A program made the position numbers and the translations under genes. Of a stretch of 64,000 bases of DNA, positions 1-9,718 are shown in pieces; within the stretch, counting starts at the first letter, position 1, and each line of letters opens with the position of its first letter. The DNA lies in NCBI GenBank assembly GCA_022774755.1, contig JALFLK010000005.1:11733-75732 (forward strand), read 5' to 3'. The notes beneath the pieces are model-generated. The model was given only the letters and a program-made list of their open reading frames with translations. It ran no database searches and was not told the DNA's origin. The stretch is from a bacterium. Lineage in GTDB: Bacteria; Bacillota; Clostridia; Oscillospirales; Acutalibacteraceae.

Positions 1-152
1 ATTTTTAGTCTATATTTTTTAGCATATAATATACTGTAGTAAACAGGCTCTGCAACAGTCACTTGGGCGACAAGCAGAGCCGGCAAAATACAGAATGGAG
101 ATTTTTTAAAAACACTTCCGTTATTCTGCTTTTATTCTGAATTCATTATTTA

Positions 153-1058
153 TCAGCCCATACATTTTACCATTACGGCTTTCTGAGCATGAAGGCGGTT
201 TTCTGACTCTTCAAAAATTTCTTTTGCGTGCTCTTCAAAAATATCTGCGGTAATTTCTTCGCCTCTGTGCGCAGGCAGACAATGAAGCACCATACAATCC
301 GTATTGGTAACGGACATAAGCTCTTTGTTGACCTGGTAACCCTTAAAGGCTTCGCACCTTGCGATTCTCTCCTGCTCCTGTCCCATAGAAGCCCAAACAT
401 CGGTGCAGACAACATCTGCTCCCTGTGCAGCCTCAACAGGATTGCGGAGCATTGTGAACTTGTCGCCGTACTGTGCGGCAAAATTCAGAATATGCTGGGG
501 CGGTTCAAAATTTTCGGGACATGCAACAGAAATGCTCATACCCGTGCTTAATGCGCCTACAATAAGAGAATTCATCATATTGTTGCCGTCGCCGATAAAG
601 CACATCTTCAAGCCCTCAAGCCTGTCTTTAAACTCCCTGATTGTCATTAAATCCGCAAGCACCTGACAGGGGTGACAATAGTCCGTAAGTCCGTTGATTA
701 CGGGAATGTCTCCGTATTTTGCCAGATTTTCAACCTCCTCCTGTTTAAAGGTGCGAATCATTATTCCGTCGAGAAAACGAGACAACACTCTTGCTGTGTC
801 TTCAACAGGCTCGCCTCTGCCTATTTGCAAATCGTTTGAGGACAAAAACAGAGGGTATCCGCCTAACTGCACCATACCTACTTCAAATGAAACACGAGTA
901 CGGGTGCTGGCTTTTTCAAAAATCATTCCCAGAGTTTTACCCTTTAAGACCTTATGCTCAATACCGTGCTTTTGCTCGTATTTAAGCTGATCCGCAAGGT
1001 TAAGGCAATCTATAATTTCACGAGGAGACCAATCCTCAAGCTTAAGCAAATTCTTCAT
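153..1058 (-). CDS. argF: Ornithine carbamoyltransferase
   Basis: STRTR carbamoyl-phosphate motif, HPCQ, HCLP; last gene of arg operon. Confidence 0.97.
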   Translation of the reverse strand: MKNLLKLEDWSPREIIDCLNLADQLKYEQKHGIEHKVLKGKTLGMIFEKASTRTRVSFEVGMVQLGGYPLFLSSNDLQIGRGEPVEDTARVLSRFLDGIMIRTFKQEEVENLAKYGDIPVINGLTDYCHPCQVLADLMTIREFKDRLEGLKMCFIGDGNNMMNSLIVGALSTGMSISVACPENFEPPQHILNFAAQYGDKFTMLRNPVEAAQGADVVCTDVWASMGQEQERIARCEAFKGYQVNKELMSVTNTDCMVLHCLPAHRGEEITADIFEEHAKEIFEESENRLHAQKAVMVKCMG

Positions 1059-1059
1059 T

Positions 1060-2232
1060 TTACAAGCACTCCTTAAGTGTTTTCTCTAAAATTGCCACAG
1101 CCTCGTCAAGCTGTGCGCAGGTTATGTTAAGTGGCGGCAACATCCTAAGCAGAGATTTTGCCGTTATAATCAGCAAGCCGTTCTCCACGCATTTTTCGGC
1201 AATTTTGTGGGCGTCGCCCTTTTCAAGCTCGATTCCCACCATAAGTCCCAGATTGCGGACTGACTTAATACCGTTTACCGATTGAAGTTTATTTTTAAGG
1301 TATTCTCCCTTATCGGTAACCTCCTGCAAAAACTCCGGCTTAGAAACAATGTCCAGAACGTAGTTTGCTCCTGCACATACTACCGGATTACTGCCGAAGG
1401 TTGTGCCGTGAGTAGAGGGCGACAAAACATCTTTGAGCTTTTCCGTGCAGAGGCAGGCGCCGATTGGCAGGCCACCGCCCAGCCCCTTAGCCGTTGTTAT
1501 AACATCGGGCACAATGCCGTAATGCTCAAAGGCATACAGCTTGCCTGTTCTGGCAACACCTGTCTGAACCTCGTCGATAATAAGCAAAATATCTTTTTCC
1601 GTACAAAAATCACGGACAGCTTTAACATAGTCTTTATCAAGAATATTAACTCCGCCCTCACCCTGAACGCACTCCATAATAACGGCGCAGGTTTTATCAT
1701 TGGCAGAGAGCCTTAAAGCGTCTAAATCATTTGCAGGAACATATGAAAAGCCCTCAGTAAAAGGGAAAAAGTAGTTATGAAAAACATCCTGTCCCGTAGC
1801 AGAAAGGGTGGTTACCGTTCTGCCGTGAAATGAATTTTGCAGAGTAATTATTTCGTTTCTGTCATTGCCGTATTTATCAAAGCTGTATTTTCTTGCAAGC
1901 TTAATTGCACATTCGTTTGCCTCGGCTCCGCTGTTGCCGAAGCATACCCTTGAAAATGGCGTAAGTGAGCAGAGCTTTTCTGCCAAATCTGCGGCAGGCT
2001 TGCAGTAAAAATAGTTTGACATATGCTGAATTGTGTTAAGCTGTTTTGCAACAGCCTCGGTGTAGCCCGGGTGGCAATAACCCAAAATATTAACGCCTAT
2101 GCCGGAGCTGACATCAAGATACTTTTTTCCATTTTCGTCATAGGCATAAACGCCCTCGCCCCGAACCAACTCAACATCATACCTGCCGTAGGTATGCATT
2201 ATGTATTGTGAATCTTTATCTTTTGTATTCAT
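1060..2232 (-). CDS. argD: Acetylornithine aminotransferase
   Basis: Class III PLP motifs SFHGRT, DEVQTG, TTAKGLGGG; arg operon context. Confidence 0.95.
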   Translation of the reverse strand: MNTKDKDSQYIMHTYGRYDVELVRGEGVYAYDENGKKYLDVSSGIGVNILGYCHPGYTEAVAKQLNTIQHMSNYFYCKPAADLAEKLCSLTPFSRVCFGNSGAEANECAIKLARKYSFDKYGNDRNEIITLQNSFHGRTVTTLSATGQDVFHNYFFPFTEGFSYVPANDLDALRLSANDKTCAVIMECVQGEGGVNILDKDYVKAVRDFCTEKDILLIIDEVQTGVARTGKLYAFEHYGIVPDVITTAKGLGGGLPIGACLCTEKLKDVLSPSTHGTTFGSNPVVCAGANYVLDIVSKPEFLQEVTDKGEYLKNKLQSVNGIKSVRNLGLMVGIELEKGDAHKIAEKCVENGLLIITAKSLLRMLPPLNITCAQLDEAVAILEKTLKECL

Positions 2233-2237
2233 TTATT

Positions 2238-2663
2238 TCATTCCTTTTTTGAGTCTTTGTAGGAATAGACAAAGACATCCTCTCTCTTTTCAAATCCGAA
2301 ATCACGCCAAAAGCTCTGACCTGTTTCGTTGTTTTGATAGCAGAAAATATGGATTTTATCAATGCCGTCTTCAAAAATTTTATCCGTTGCCGCTTTGGCG
2401 AGCTTTTTGCCAATTCCGTGTCTGCGAAATTGGGGCATCACCGCCATATGGTGAATAAAGCCCCGTCTGCCGTCGTGACCTGCCAAAACAGTGCCCACGA
2501 TTTTTCCGTCAATTTCGGCAACCATACTCATACCGGGATTTCTCGCTAAATACTTTTCAATTCCCTGACGGCTGTCAGCTTCGGACAACGCTCTTTTGGA
2601 CGTTATCTGCCACATAGAGTAAATTTGGTCGTAGTCCTCAGGCTTCATTTCTCTGATTATCAT
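2238..2663 (-). CDS. GNAT-family N-acetyltransferase (YpeA-like)
   Basis: Acetyl-CoA motif V.PQFRRHGIG; GHDGRRG motif; between argB and argD. Confidence 0.85.
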   Translation of the reverse strand: MIIREMKPEDYDQIYSMWQITSKRALSEADSRQGIEKYLARNPGMSMVAEIDGKIVGTVLAGHDGRRGFIHHMAVMPQFRRHGIGKKLAKAATDKIFEDGIDKIHIFCYQNNETGQSFWRDFGFEKREDVFVYSYKDSKKE

Positions 2664-2672
2664 AAAATCCCC

Positions 2673-3524
2673 TTAATAAAACATTGTTCCTATACCTTCG
2701 TCGCTGAACAGCTCAAGCAAAATAGAGTGTTCAATCCTGCCGTCGATTATATGAGCTCTGCTGACGCCGCTTCTTACTGCGTCAACACAGCAATCAACCT
2801 TAGGAATCATTCCGCCTTTAATGATGCCATCTCTCTTAAGTCCCGGAACCTCGCTGACATTGACAACGGAAATAAGGGAGCTTTCATCGTTTACATCTCT
2901 CAACAGACCCCGTATATCGGTCATAAGAATCAGCTTTTTAGCCTTAATCTTTGCGGCAATCTGAGCCGCCGCCAGGTCGGCGTTAATGTTATAAACCTCG
3001 CCGTCAAAACCGCAGGCTACGGTGGCGATTATGGGAATATAATTATTGTTTACGGCGTCGTAAATGGCTTTGGGATTTACCTCTTTAATTTCTCCAACAT
3101 AGCCTAAGTCCTCGCCTGTTATCAGCTTTTCGGCCATCAGCATTTTTCCGTCAAGACCGCACAGACCGATTGCGCTTCCGCCGTGTTCTTCAAGGAGCTT
3201 TACAAGGCTTTTGTTTACCTTGCCTGCCAAAACCATCTGAACAATGTCGATAGTTTCCTTATCGGTAACTCTCATACCGTTAATAAACTTGGACTCTTTA
3301 CCTGTTTTTTCAAGCATTGAGCTGATTTCCGGGCCGCCGCCGTGAACAAGCACAACATTTATTCCCACCAACTGCATCAGCACAATATCGCTCATAACGG
3401 CGCTTTTAAGCTGTTCGTTTATCATAGCGTTTCCGCCGTATTTTACAACGATTGTTTCTCCCGAATACTGCTTTATATAGGGCATTGCCTGAATAAGCAC
3501 CTTTGCCCTGTTTGATAAATCCAT
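2673..3524 (-). CDS. argB: Acetylglutamate kinase
   Basis: VVKYGGNAM, VHGGGP, NINAD, GGMIPK motifs. Confidence 0.97.
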   Translation of the reverse strand: MDLSNRAKVLIQAMPYIKQYSGETIVVKYGGNAMINEQLKSAVMSDIVLMQLVGINVVLVHGGGPEISSMLEKTGKESKFINGMRVTDKETIDIVQMVLAGKVNKSLVKLLEEHGGSAIGLCGLDGKMLMAEKLITGEDLGYVGEIKEVNPKAIYDAVNNNYIPIIATVACGFDGEVYNINADLAAAQIAAKIKAKKLILMTDIRGLLRDVNDESSLISVVNVSEVPGLKRDGIIKGGMIPKVDCCVDAVRSGVSRAHIIDGRIEHSILLELFSDEGIGTMFY

Positions 3525-3557
3525 TAAAATTCCTCCAGGTTTCCTTGTCTTTCGGCA

Positions 3558-4781
3558 TTATGTGCGGTAGTCGCCGTTTATTTTTACATAGTCATAGGTA
3601 AGGTCACAGCCGTAGGCTTCTGCCTCAGCGTTTCCGTCCTTTAATGATACAACAATTTCTATCTCTTTTTCAAGTAAAATTTCTTTTGCCTTTTCCTCAC
3701 AGAATTCTAATCCTGCGCCGTTTTTACAGACATCTATTACACCTTTGTCGGATTTAAACGAAACATCCACTTTTTTTATATCTACATCCATTCCGCTGTA
3801 ACCGATAGCGCAAAGTACTCGCCCCCAATTTGCGTCTGCTCCGAACATAGCCGCCTTTAAAAGGCTTGAGCATATAACGCTTTTTGCAACGCCTTTTGCA
3901 TCCTTCTTTGTTTTTGCTCCGCTCACGCTGCAAACAAGCAGCTTTGTTGCGCCCTCGCCGTCGGACGCCAGCTTTTTTGCAAGCACTTTAAATGCCGCTG
4001 TCAAGCCTGCAACAAAGGTTTTATAATCTTGATTTTTTTCTGTGATTTCCTTATTACCTGCTTTTCCGGAAGCAAGTATTGCCAAGGTATCGTTAGTTGA
4101 GGTATCGCCGTCAACCGAAACCATATTAAAGCTGTCCTCAACTGCCTCAAGTAATGCCTCTTTGAGCATTTCTGATGACACGGCGGCGTCGGTGGTAACA
4201 AACGAGAGCATCGTTCCCATATTGATATGAATCATTCCACTGCCCTTGGCTATACCGCCTATTGTAACCTTTTTGCCGTCCAAGGTAAGCTCCAGCGCCA
4301 TTTCTTTTTTCACGGTATCGGTTGTCATAATAGCCTCGGCGGCGTTTGTTCCGCCCTCCTTAGAGAGCTTACCCTTCATCATTTCAACGCCTTTTTCGAT
4401 TGGCTCAATAGGGAGAGTCTGTCCGATAACACCTGTTGAGGCGACAATAACATCCTCTTCCTTAACGCCCAAAGCCTCAGATGCCAGACGGCACATAGCC
4501 TGAGCTTTTTCGTATCCGTCGCTGTTACAGGTATTGGCGTTGCCTGAATTCACAATAACCGCCTGCGCCTTGCCGTTTTCAAGGTGCTCCTTTGTAACGG
4601 TGATTGTATCGGACTTAACAAGGTTTTTTGTAAAAACCGCCGCAGAGTTGCACAGTGTATCACAGTAAATAAGCGCAAGGTCACGCTTTGTAGTATTGGA
4701 AGGCTTAACGGAGGCGCACACGCCCTGAGCCGTAAATCCCATAGGTGAGGTCACTCCGCCCTCTATAAACTTATAATTCAT
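3558..4781 (-). CDS. argJ: Glutamate N-acetyltransferase / ornithine acetyltransferase
   Basis: KGSGMI..NMGTML autoproteolysis site, DTSTND, ADANWGR. Confidence 0.97.
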   Translation of the reverse strand: MNYKFIEGGVTSPMGFTAQGVCASVKPSNTTKRDLALIYCDTLCNSAAVFTKNLVKSDTITVTKEHLENGKAQAVIVNSGNANTCNSDGYEKAQAMCRLASEALGVKEEDVIVASTGVIGQTLPIEPIEKGVEMMKGKLSKEGGTNAAEAIMTTDTVKKEMALELTLDGKKVTIGGIAKGSGMIHINMGTMLSFVTTDAAVSSEMLKEALLEAVEDSFNMVSVDGDTSTNDTLAILASGKAGNKEITEKNQDYKTFVAGLTAAFKVLAKKLASDGEGATKLLVCSVSGAKTKKDAKGVAKSVICSSLLKAAMFGADANWGRVLCAIGYSGMDVDIKKVDVSFKSDKGVIDVCKNGAGLEFCEEKAKEILLEKEIEIVVSLKDGNAEAEAYGCDLTYDYVKINGDYRT

Positions 4782-4800
4782 ATTATCACCTTAAAACAAA

Positions 4801-5838
4801 TTAAAATGCAGGGGGAACAATGTCAAGACCTGTTTTTTCGTCAAGGCCGAAGATAATGTTCATATTCTGTATAGCCTGACCGGCGGCGCCTTTGACCATA
4901 TTATCAATAGCACCGCAGGCAATAAGCTTATTTGCTCTTTTATCGTGATGAAGAGAAATATCGCAGAAATTAGAGTACTTAATGTTGTGAATATCTGCGT
5001 TCATTCCCTGGGGCAGTAGCCGTACGAAATACTCGTCTTTGTAGAAATCTTCGTAGGCTTTTCTGATTTGCTCAAATGTAACGCCCTCTTTAATATCAGC
5101 GTAGCAGGTAGCAAGGATTCCCCTGTTCACCGGAAGCAAATGAGGTACAAATGTAACCGTAACCTTTTTTTCCGCAAGCTTTGAGAGAGTCTGCTCAATT
5201 TCGGGGGTGTGGCGGTGAGAAGCCACCTTATATGCGTGGAAGCCCTCGTTAAGCTCGGGATAATGGTTGCTCTGAACAGGCTTTCTGCCTGCACCCGTCA
5301 CTCCGCTTTTGCAGTCGCATATAATGCCCTTTGTTTCAACCAAGCCCAGCTTTACAGCCGGTGCAAGGGCTAGAGGAGCGCAGGTTGTATAGCATCCGGG
5401 ATTTGCAATAATTTTCTGACCCTTATGAATATTCTCTCTGAAAAGCTCCGGCAAACCGTAAACAGCCTCAGCGTGAAGCTCCTTATCCAAAAACTCGCCG
5501 TTGTACCATTCCTTATACTCGTCCTCGCTTTCCAGGCGGAAATCAGCCCCCAAGTCAATAAAAGCTTTTTCCTTAGAAACGCACTGCTTTGCCAATTCCT
5601 GAGAAAGTCCGTGAGGAAGTGCGGCAAAAACAACATCGCTTTTCTCAACCACTTGTTCCTGAGTTTCGCACTCCATATCGTTTATATTCAAATAAGCAGG
5701 GTAAACCTCCGACAGCTTCTGTCCCTGAAACGACACCGAGCTGACGGCAGTCACCTGCGCCTGCGGATGATTTGTAATAAGCCTTACAAGCTCTGCGCCT
5801 GCGTAGCCTGTTGCTCCCACAATACCTACTTTTATCAT
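4801..5838 (-). CDS. argC: N-acetyl-gamma-glutamyl-phosphate reductase
   Basis: GATGYAG Rossmann, NPGCY catalytic Cys, DNMVKGAAGQA. Confidence 0.97.
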   Translation of the reverse strand: MIKVGIVGATGYAGAELVRLITNHPQAQVTAVSSVSFQGQKLSEVYPAYLNINDMECETQEQVVEKSDVVFAALPHGLSQELAKQCVSKEKAFIDLGADFRLESEDEYKEWYNGEFLDKELHAEAVYGLPELFRENIHKGQKIIANPGCYTTCAPLALAPAVKLGLVETKGIICDCKSGVTGAGRKPVQSNHYPELNEGFHAYKVASHRHTPEIEQTLSKLAEKKVTVTFVPHLLPVNRGILATCYADIKEGVTFEQIRKAYEDFYKDEYFVRLLPQGMNADIHNIKYSNFCDISLHHDKRANKLIACGAIDNMVKGAAGQAIQNMNIIFGLDEKTGLDIVPPAF

Positions 5839-5961
5839 TTACCTCAATCCTTTTTTCTCTCCGAGCAGACAGCGTCATCTATTTTGAAAACTTATATTAT
5901 CAGCTCTTAAACACTCGGTAATATTTCTGCAAAAATCTTATTTATCCGTGCAAAAGAAATC

Positions 5962-7338
5962 CTAATTTTTCTCCAGCAGTTTCTTTATTCTCTGAGCCTG
6001 AGCCTTTACATTGCCGCTGTTTGGGCCGCCCAAAACCTTTCTGTCGTTTGCGCACTTTTCAAGAGTTATCGCCTGATAAACTCCCTCGTCAAACACATCA
6101 CAGATTTTCCGATATTCTTCAAGGGGAAGCTCCTCTAAGGTTGTTCCCTTTTCAATGCAGACTGCAACCAGCTCGCCGGTAGCTTTGTATGCGTCCCTGA
6201 AAGGTACGCCCTTCTTTGTAAGATAATCGGCGCAGTCGGTAGCGTTAATAAATCCACCTGCCGCCGCTTTGCGCATATTATCGGGCAAAACCTTCATAGT
6301 TTCAATCATCGGCGTAAATGCAGTTAGGCACATTTTGACCGTATCAACAGCGTCAAAAATCGCCTCTTTATCCTCCTGCATATCCTTATTGTAAGCAAGG
6401 GGAATACCCTTCATAACTGTAAGCAGGGTCATTGTATCGCCGAAGACTCTTCCGCTTTTTCCCCTTACAAGCTCTGCAATATCGGGATTCTTTTTCTGTG
6501 GCATTATGGAAGAGCCTGTTGAAAATGCGTCATCAAGCTCAACAAATTTAAACTCCCAGCTGCACCACATAATAATCTCTTCGCTGAATCTCGAAAGATG
6601 AACCATAACTATCGAAAGAGCCGAGGCAAGCTCCATACAATGATCCCGGTCTGAAACACCGTCAAGGGAATTATTTGTAACTCTCTCAAAGTCCAAAAGC
6701 GAAGCCGTCATATTTCTGTCAATGGGATATGTCGTGCCTGCCAGAGCACAGCTGCCCAGCGGCATTTCGTCCATTCTCTTCCGGCAATCGTCAATGCGTG
6801 AAATATCCCTTAAGAACATTTCGGCATACGCCAAAAGGTGATGTCCGAAAGTGATAGGCTGTGCACGCTGAAGATGTGTATATCCCGGCATAACCGTATC
6901 GCTGTATTCTTCTGCCTTATTGCAGAGGACTTCAACAAGCTTTCCAAGCATTTCTTTAAGGTTTACCGCCTCTTTTTTAAGGTAAAGCTTAATATCAAGG
7001 GCAACCTGGTCGTTTCTGCTTCTTGCAGTATGGAGTCTTTTGCCGTTATCACCCAAACGCTTTGTAAGCTCACCCTCAACAAATGTGTGAATATCCTCGC
7101 ACTCCATATCAATTTTGAGGTCGCCGTTTTCTATATCTTTTTCAATGCCTTTAAGACCCTTGACAATGTCCTCGGCTTCTTCTTCCTTGATTATTCCGCA
7201 TTTGCCAAGCATGGTTGCGTGTGCAATACTGCCCTCTATATCCTCTTTATACATACGGCTGTCAAAGCTTATTGAGCTGTTGAAGTCGTTGGTTGTTTTT
7301 GATAAGGCTTTTTGGAAGCGTCCTTTCCAAAGCTGCAT
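5962..7338 (-). CDS. argH: Argininosuccinate lyase
   Basis: HTARSRNDQ, GSSIMPQKKNPD signature. Confidence 0.97.
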   Translation of the reverse strand: MQLWKGRFQKALSKTTNDFNSSISFDSRMYKEDIEGSIAHATMLGKCGIIKEEEAEDIVKGLKGIEKDIENGDLKIDMECEDIHTFVEGELTKRLGDNGKRLHTARSRNDQVALDIKLYLKKEAVNLKEMLGKLVEVLCNKAEEYSDTVMPGYTHLQRAQPITFGHHLLAYAEMFLRDISRIDDCRKRMDEMPLGSCALAGTTYPIDRNMTASLLDFERVTNNSLDGVSDRDHCMELASALSIVMVHLSRFSEEIIMWCSWEFKFVELDDAFSTGSSIMPQKKNPDIAELVRGKSGRVFGDTMTLLTVMKGIPLAYNKDMQEDKEAIFDAVDTVKMCLTAFTPMIETMKVLPDNMRKAAAGGFINATDCADYLTKKGVPFRDAYKATGELVAVCIEKGTTLEELPLEEYRKICDVFDEGVYQAITLEKCANDRKVLGGPNSGNVKAQAQRIKKLLEKN

Positions 7339-7494
7339 TTAATCACCTCTGATGTTAATTACCAAATTCCCTGCGGAATTTAAAAGGCAGAAATTTTTGT
7401 GCAAAACCTGCGTTTGACACGCCTTTTGTTTCCGCCTTATAAAAACGCTTTGAGGGCAGAGTGTTCCTCTGCCCTATACAAAGTCAAAATGTAA

Positions 7495-8718
7495 TTATTT
7501 AATAAGTCCTTTTTTAGCACGAACCTTAATGGGCAAACCGAACAGATTGATAAATCCTGCGCTGTCATTTTGGTCGTAAACCTCATCCTCGTCAAAGGTT
7601 GCAATCTCCTCATCGTAGAGAGAATAAGGACTTGTAACTCCTGCGTCAATAATGTTGCCCTTATAAAGCTTAAGCTTAACATCGCCTGTGACTGTCTGCT
7701 GTGTTGAGTCAACAAAAGCGGACATTGCCTCACGCAAAGGAGTGAACCACTTGCCGTCATATACAAGGTCGGCAAAAGCATTGGAAAGATTCATCTTATA
7801 GTGCTGAGTATCTTTATCAAGGCAGATTTCTTCAAGCTTGCTGTGAGCGTGGTAAAGGATTGTTCCGCCGGGTGTTTCATAAACGCCCCTGGACTTCATA
7901 CCTACAAGGCGGTTTTCTACCATATCGATAATTCCAATTCCGTTTTTACCGCCTAATTCGTTAAGCTTAGCGACGATTTCTACTGCGCCTAACTTTTCGC
8001 CGTCAACTGCAACGGGAACACCCTTGTCAAAGCTGATTGTCACATAGGTGGGCTTGTCGGGAGCCTGCTCGGGCGAAACGCCCAGTTCAAGGAAGCCCTC
8101 TTTGTTATATGTAGGCTCGTTTGCAGGATTTTCAAGGTCAAGACCTTCGTGGCTTAAATGCCAGATGTTCTTATCCTTGCTGTAATTTGTTTCTTTGTTT
8201 ATCTTCAGAGGAATATTCATTTTTTCTGCATATTCAATCTCTTCTTCACGGGATTTAAACTCCCATGTTCTCCAAGGAGCGATAATTTTCATATCGGGAG
8301 CATATGCTTTAATTGCAAGCTCAAAACGAACCTGGTCGTTGCCCTTGCCCGTACAGCCGTGACAAATTGCATCTGCGCCCTCTGCCTTTGCAATTTCCAC
8401 AATTCTCTTAGCAATAATAGGGCGTGCAAAGGACGTACCTAAAAGGTACTTACCCTCGTACTTTGCGCCTGCCTTAAGAGTAGGCCAAACATAATCCTCG
8501 ATGAATTCCTTGTTTAAATCTTCAATATAGAGCTTGGAGGCACCTGTAGCCAAAGCCTTCTCCTCAAGTCCCTCTAACTCAGAGGCCTGTCCCACATTAC
8601 CGGAAACGGCAACAACCTCGCAGTTATCATAATTTTCTTTAAGCCATGGAATTATAATCGAAGTATCAAGTCCGCCGGAATATGCCAAAACTACTTTTTT
8701 AATCTTGTTGTCTGCCAT
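7495..8718 (-). CDS. argG: Argininosuccinate synthase (start at MADNK after GGAGG RBS)
   Basis: [33 protein letters not shown]. Confidence 0.97.
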   Translation of the reverse strand: MADNKIKKVVLAYSGGLDTSIIIPWLKENYDNCEVVAVSGNVGQASELEGLEEKALATGASKLYIEDLNKEFIEDYVWPTLKAGAKYEGKYLLGTSFARPIIAKRIVEIAKAEGADAICHGCTGKGNDQVRFELAIKAYAPDMKIIAPWRTWEFKSREEEIEYAEKMNIPLKINKETNYSKDKNIWHLSHEGLDLENPANEPTYNKEGFLELGVSPEQAPDKPTYVTISFDKGVPVAVDGEKLGAVEIVAKLNELGGKNGIGIIDMVENRLVGMKSRGVYETPGGTILYHAHSKLEEICLDKDTQHYKMNLSNAFADLVYDGKWFTPLREAMSAFVDSTQQTVTGDVKLKLYKGNIIDAGVTSPYSLYDEEIATFDEDEVYDQNDSAGFINLFGLPIKVRAKKGLIK

Positions 8719-8750
8719 AATAATTGCCTCCAAAGGTTAATTTTTGTTAA

Positions 8751-8811
8751 TGACGCACCGGATAAATCATTTGTGCAAACTTCTTTTCTGCGTGATTTAT
8801 TCAGTGGTTTC
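8751..8811 (+). mobile_element. Internally deleted copy of MITE-like repeat, flanked by TTAA
   Basis: Right end GCGTGATTTATTCAGTGGTTTC matches copies at 41844 and 56123; flanked by TTAA at 8747-8750 and 8812-8815. Confidence 0.6.
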
Positions 8812-8826
8812 TTAATTACAAATGCT

Positions 8827-8854
8827 ATTATACACCTATTATGCAAAATTGCAA
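8827..8854 (-). promoter_or_regulatory. Sigma-A promoter of arg operon
   Basis: TTGCAA-16 nt-TATAAT on minus strand upstream of argG. Confidence 0.6.
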
Positions 8855-8860
8855 GAGTTT

Positions 8861-8878
8861 TCTGCATAAATATTCAAA
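8861..8878. promoter_or_regulatory. ARG box (ArgR/AhrC operator)
   Basis: TCTGCATAAATATTCAAA resembles TGMAT-wwww-ATKCA, just upstream of the arg -35. Confidence 0.65.
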
Positions 8879-9107
8879 ATTTTTAAAAAATATTTTTTGC
8901 GCCCCCTTGATAATAAGGTTGATTACCGCTTATTTGCTGAACTTTCGGCTAATTAACAAAATTACGGCAAAATGTATATTTTAATGAATATTATGTATAT
9001 TATCTTATTTTCATTGAATATTATACATTTTTATGATAAAATCAGTTAAAACAGCGGTGAACGGCACCGTAAAATCTAATAATCAATGCACGAAAGGTTG
9101 ATGCAGA

Positions 9108-9614
9108 ATGTCATTCAAAGAAATCAAACCACAGCAGATAAACGACAATCCATTTAAGCTTATCGGCAAGGACTGGGCGCTTGTGAGCGCAGGCACCAAA
9201 GAAGAATTTAACACAATGACCGTAAGCTGGGGCGGCGTAGGCGTTATGTGGGGCAAAGACGTTGCCTTTACCTTTATAAGACCTCAAAGATACACCATGG
9301 AATTCCTCAAAAAAGAGGACTGCTTTACAATGTCCTTTTTTGACGAGAAATACAAAGACGCCCTGACCTTCTGCGGAAGCAAAAGCGGAAGAGATTACGA
9401 CAAGCCCAAAGAAACCGGGCTTACTCCCGCTTTTACCGAGGACGGAATCCCGTATTTTGAAGAAGCAAGGCTTGTGCTTGTGTGCAAAAAAATGTACGCT
9501 CAGAACCTTAATGCAGAAAGCGTTATTGATAAAGAGAATGTAGAAAAATGGTACAAAGACGATTTCCACAAAATGTTTGTGAGCGAAATTAAAAAGGTGC
9601 TTGTAAAAGAGTAA
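9108..9614 (+). CDS. Flavin reductase-like (flavoredoxin) protein
   Basis: NTMTVSWGG, FIRPQRYT, CGSKSGRD motifs of the FMN split-barrel family. Confidence 0.85.
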   Translation: MSFKEIKPQQINDNPFKLIGKDWALVSAGTKEEFNTMTVSWGGVGVMWGKDVAFTFIRPQRYTMEFLKKEDCFTMSFFDEKYKDALTFCGSKSGRDYDKPKETGLTPAFTEDGIPYFEEARLVLVCKKMYAQNLNAESVIDKENVEKWYKDDFHKMFVSEIKKVLVKE

Positions 9615-9678
9615 AATCTACATTTTCATATATGCCTTATAATTTTCAAATTAAAATATAGTGTGAATCATTGCGCGA

Positions 9679-9707
9679 ATCGGGCAGAGTTTCTGCCCGA
9701 TTTTTTT
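9679..9707 (+). terminator. Rho-independent terminator
   Basis: ATCGGGCAGA/TCTGCCCGAT stem followed by a T tract. Confidence 0.75.
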
Positions 9708-9718
9708 CGGATTTTTTC

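Noticed and set aside
7385-7435. Possible fifth MITE copy between argG and argH
   Set aside because: Only a short patch (AAATTTTTGTGCAAAACCTGCG) resembles the MITE core; no recognisable ends or target duplication.
8970-9021. Additional ARG boxes
   Set aside because: TGAAT..AT(A/G)(C/T)A half-sites have 3-nt rather than 4-nt spacing, and the region is very AT-rich.
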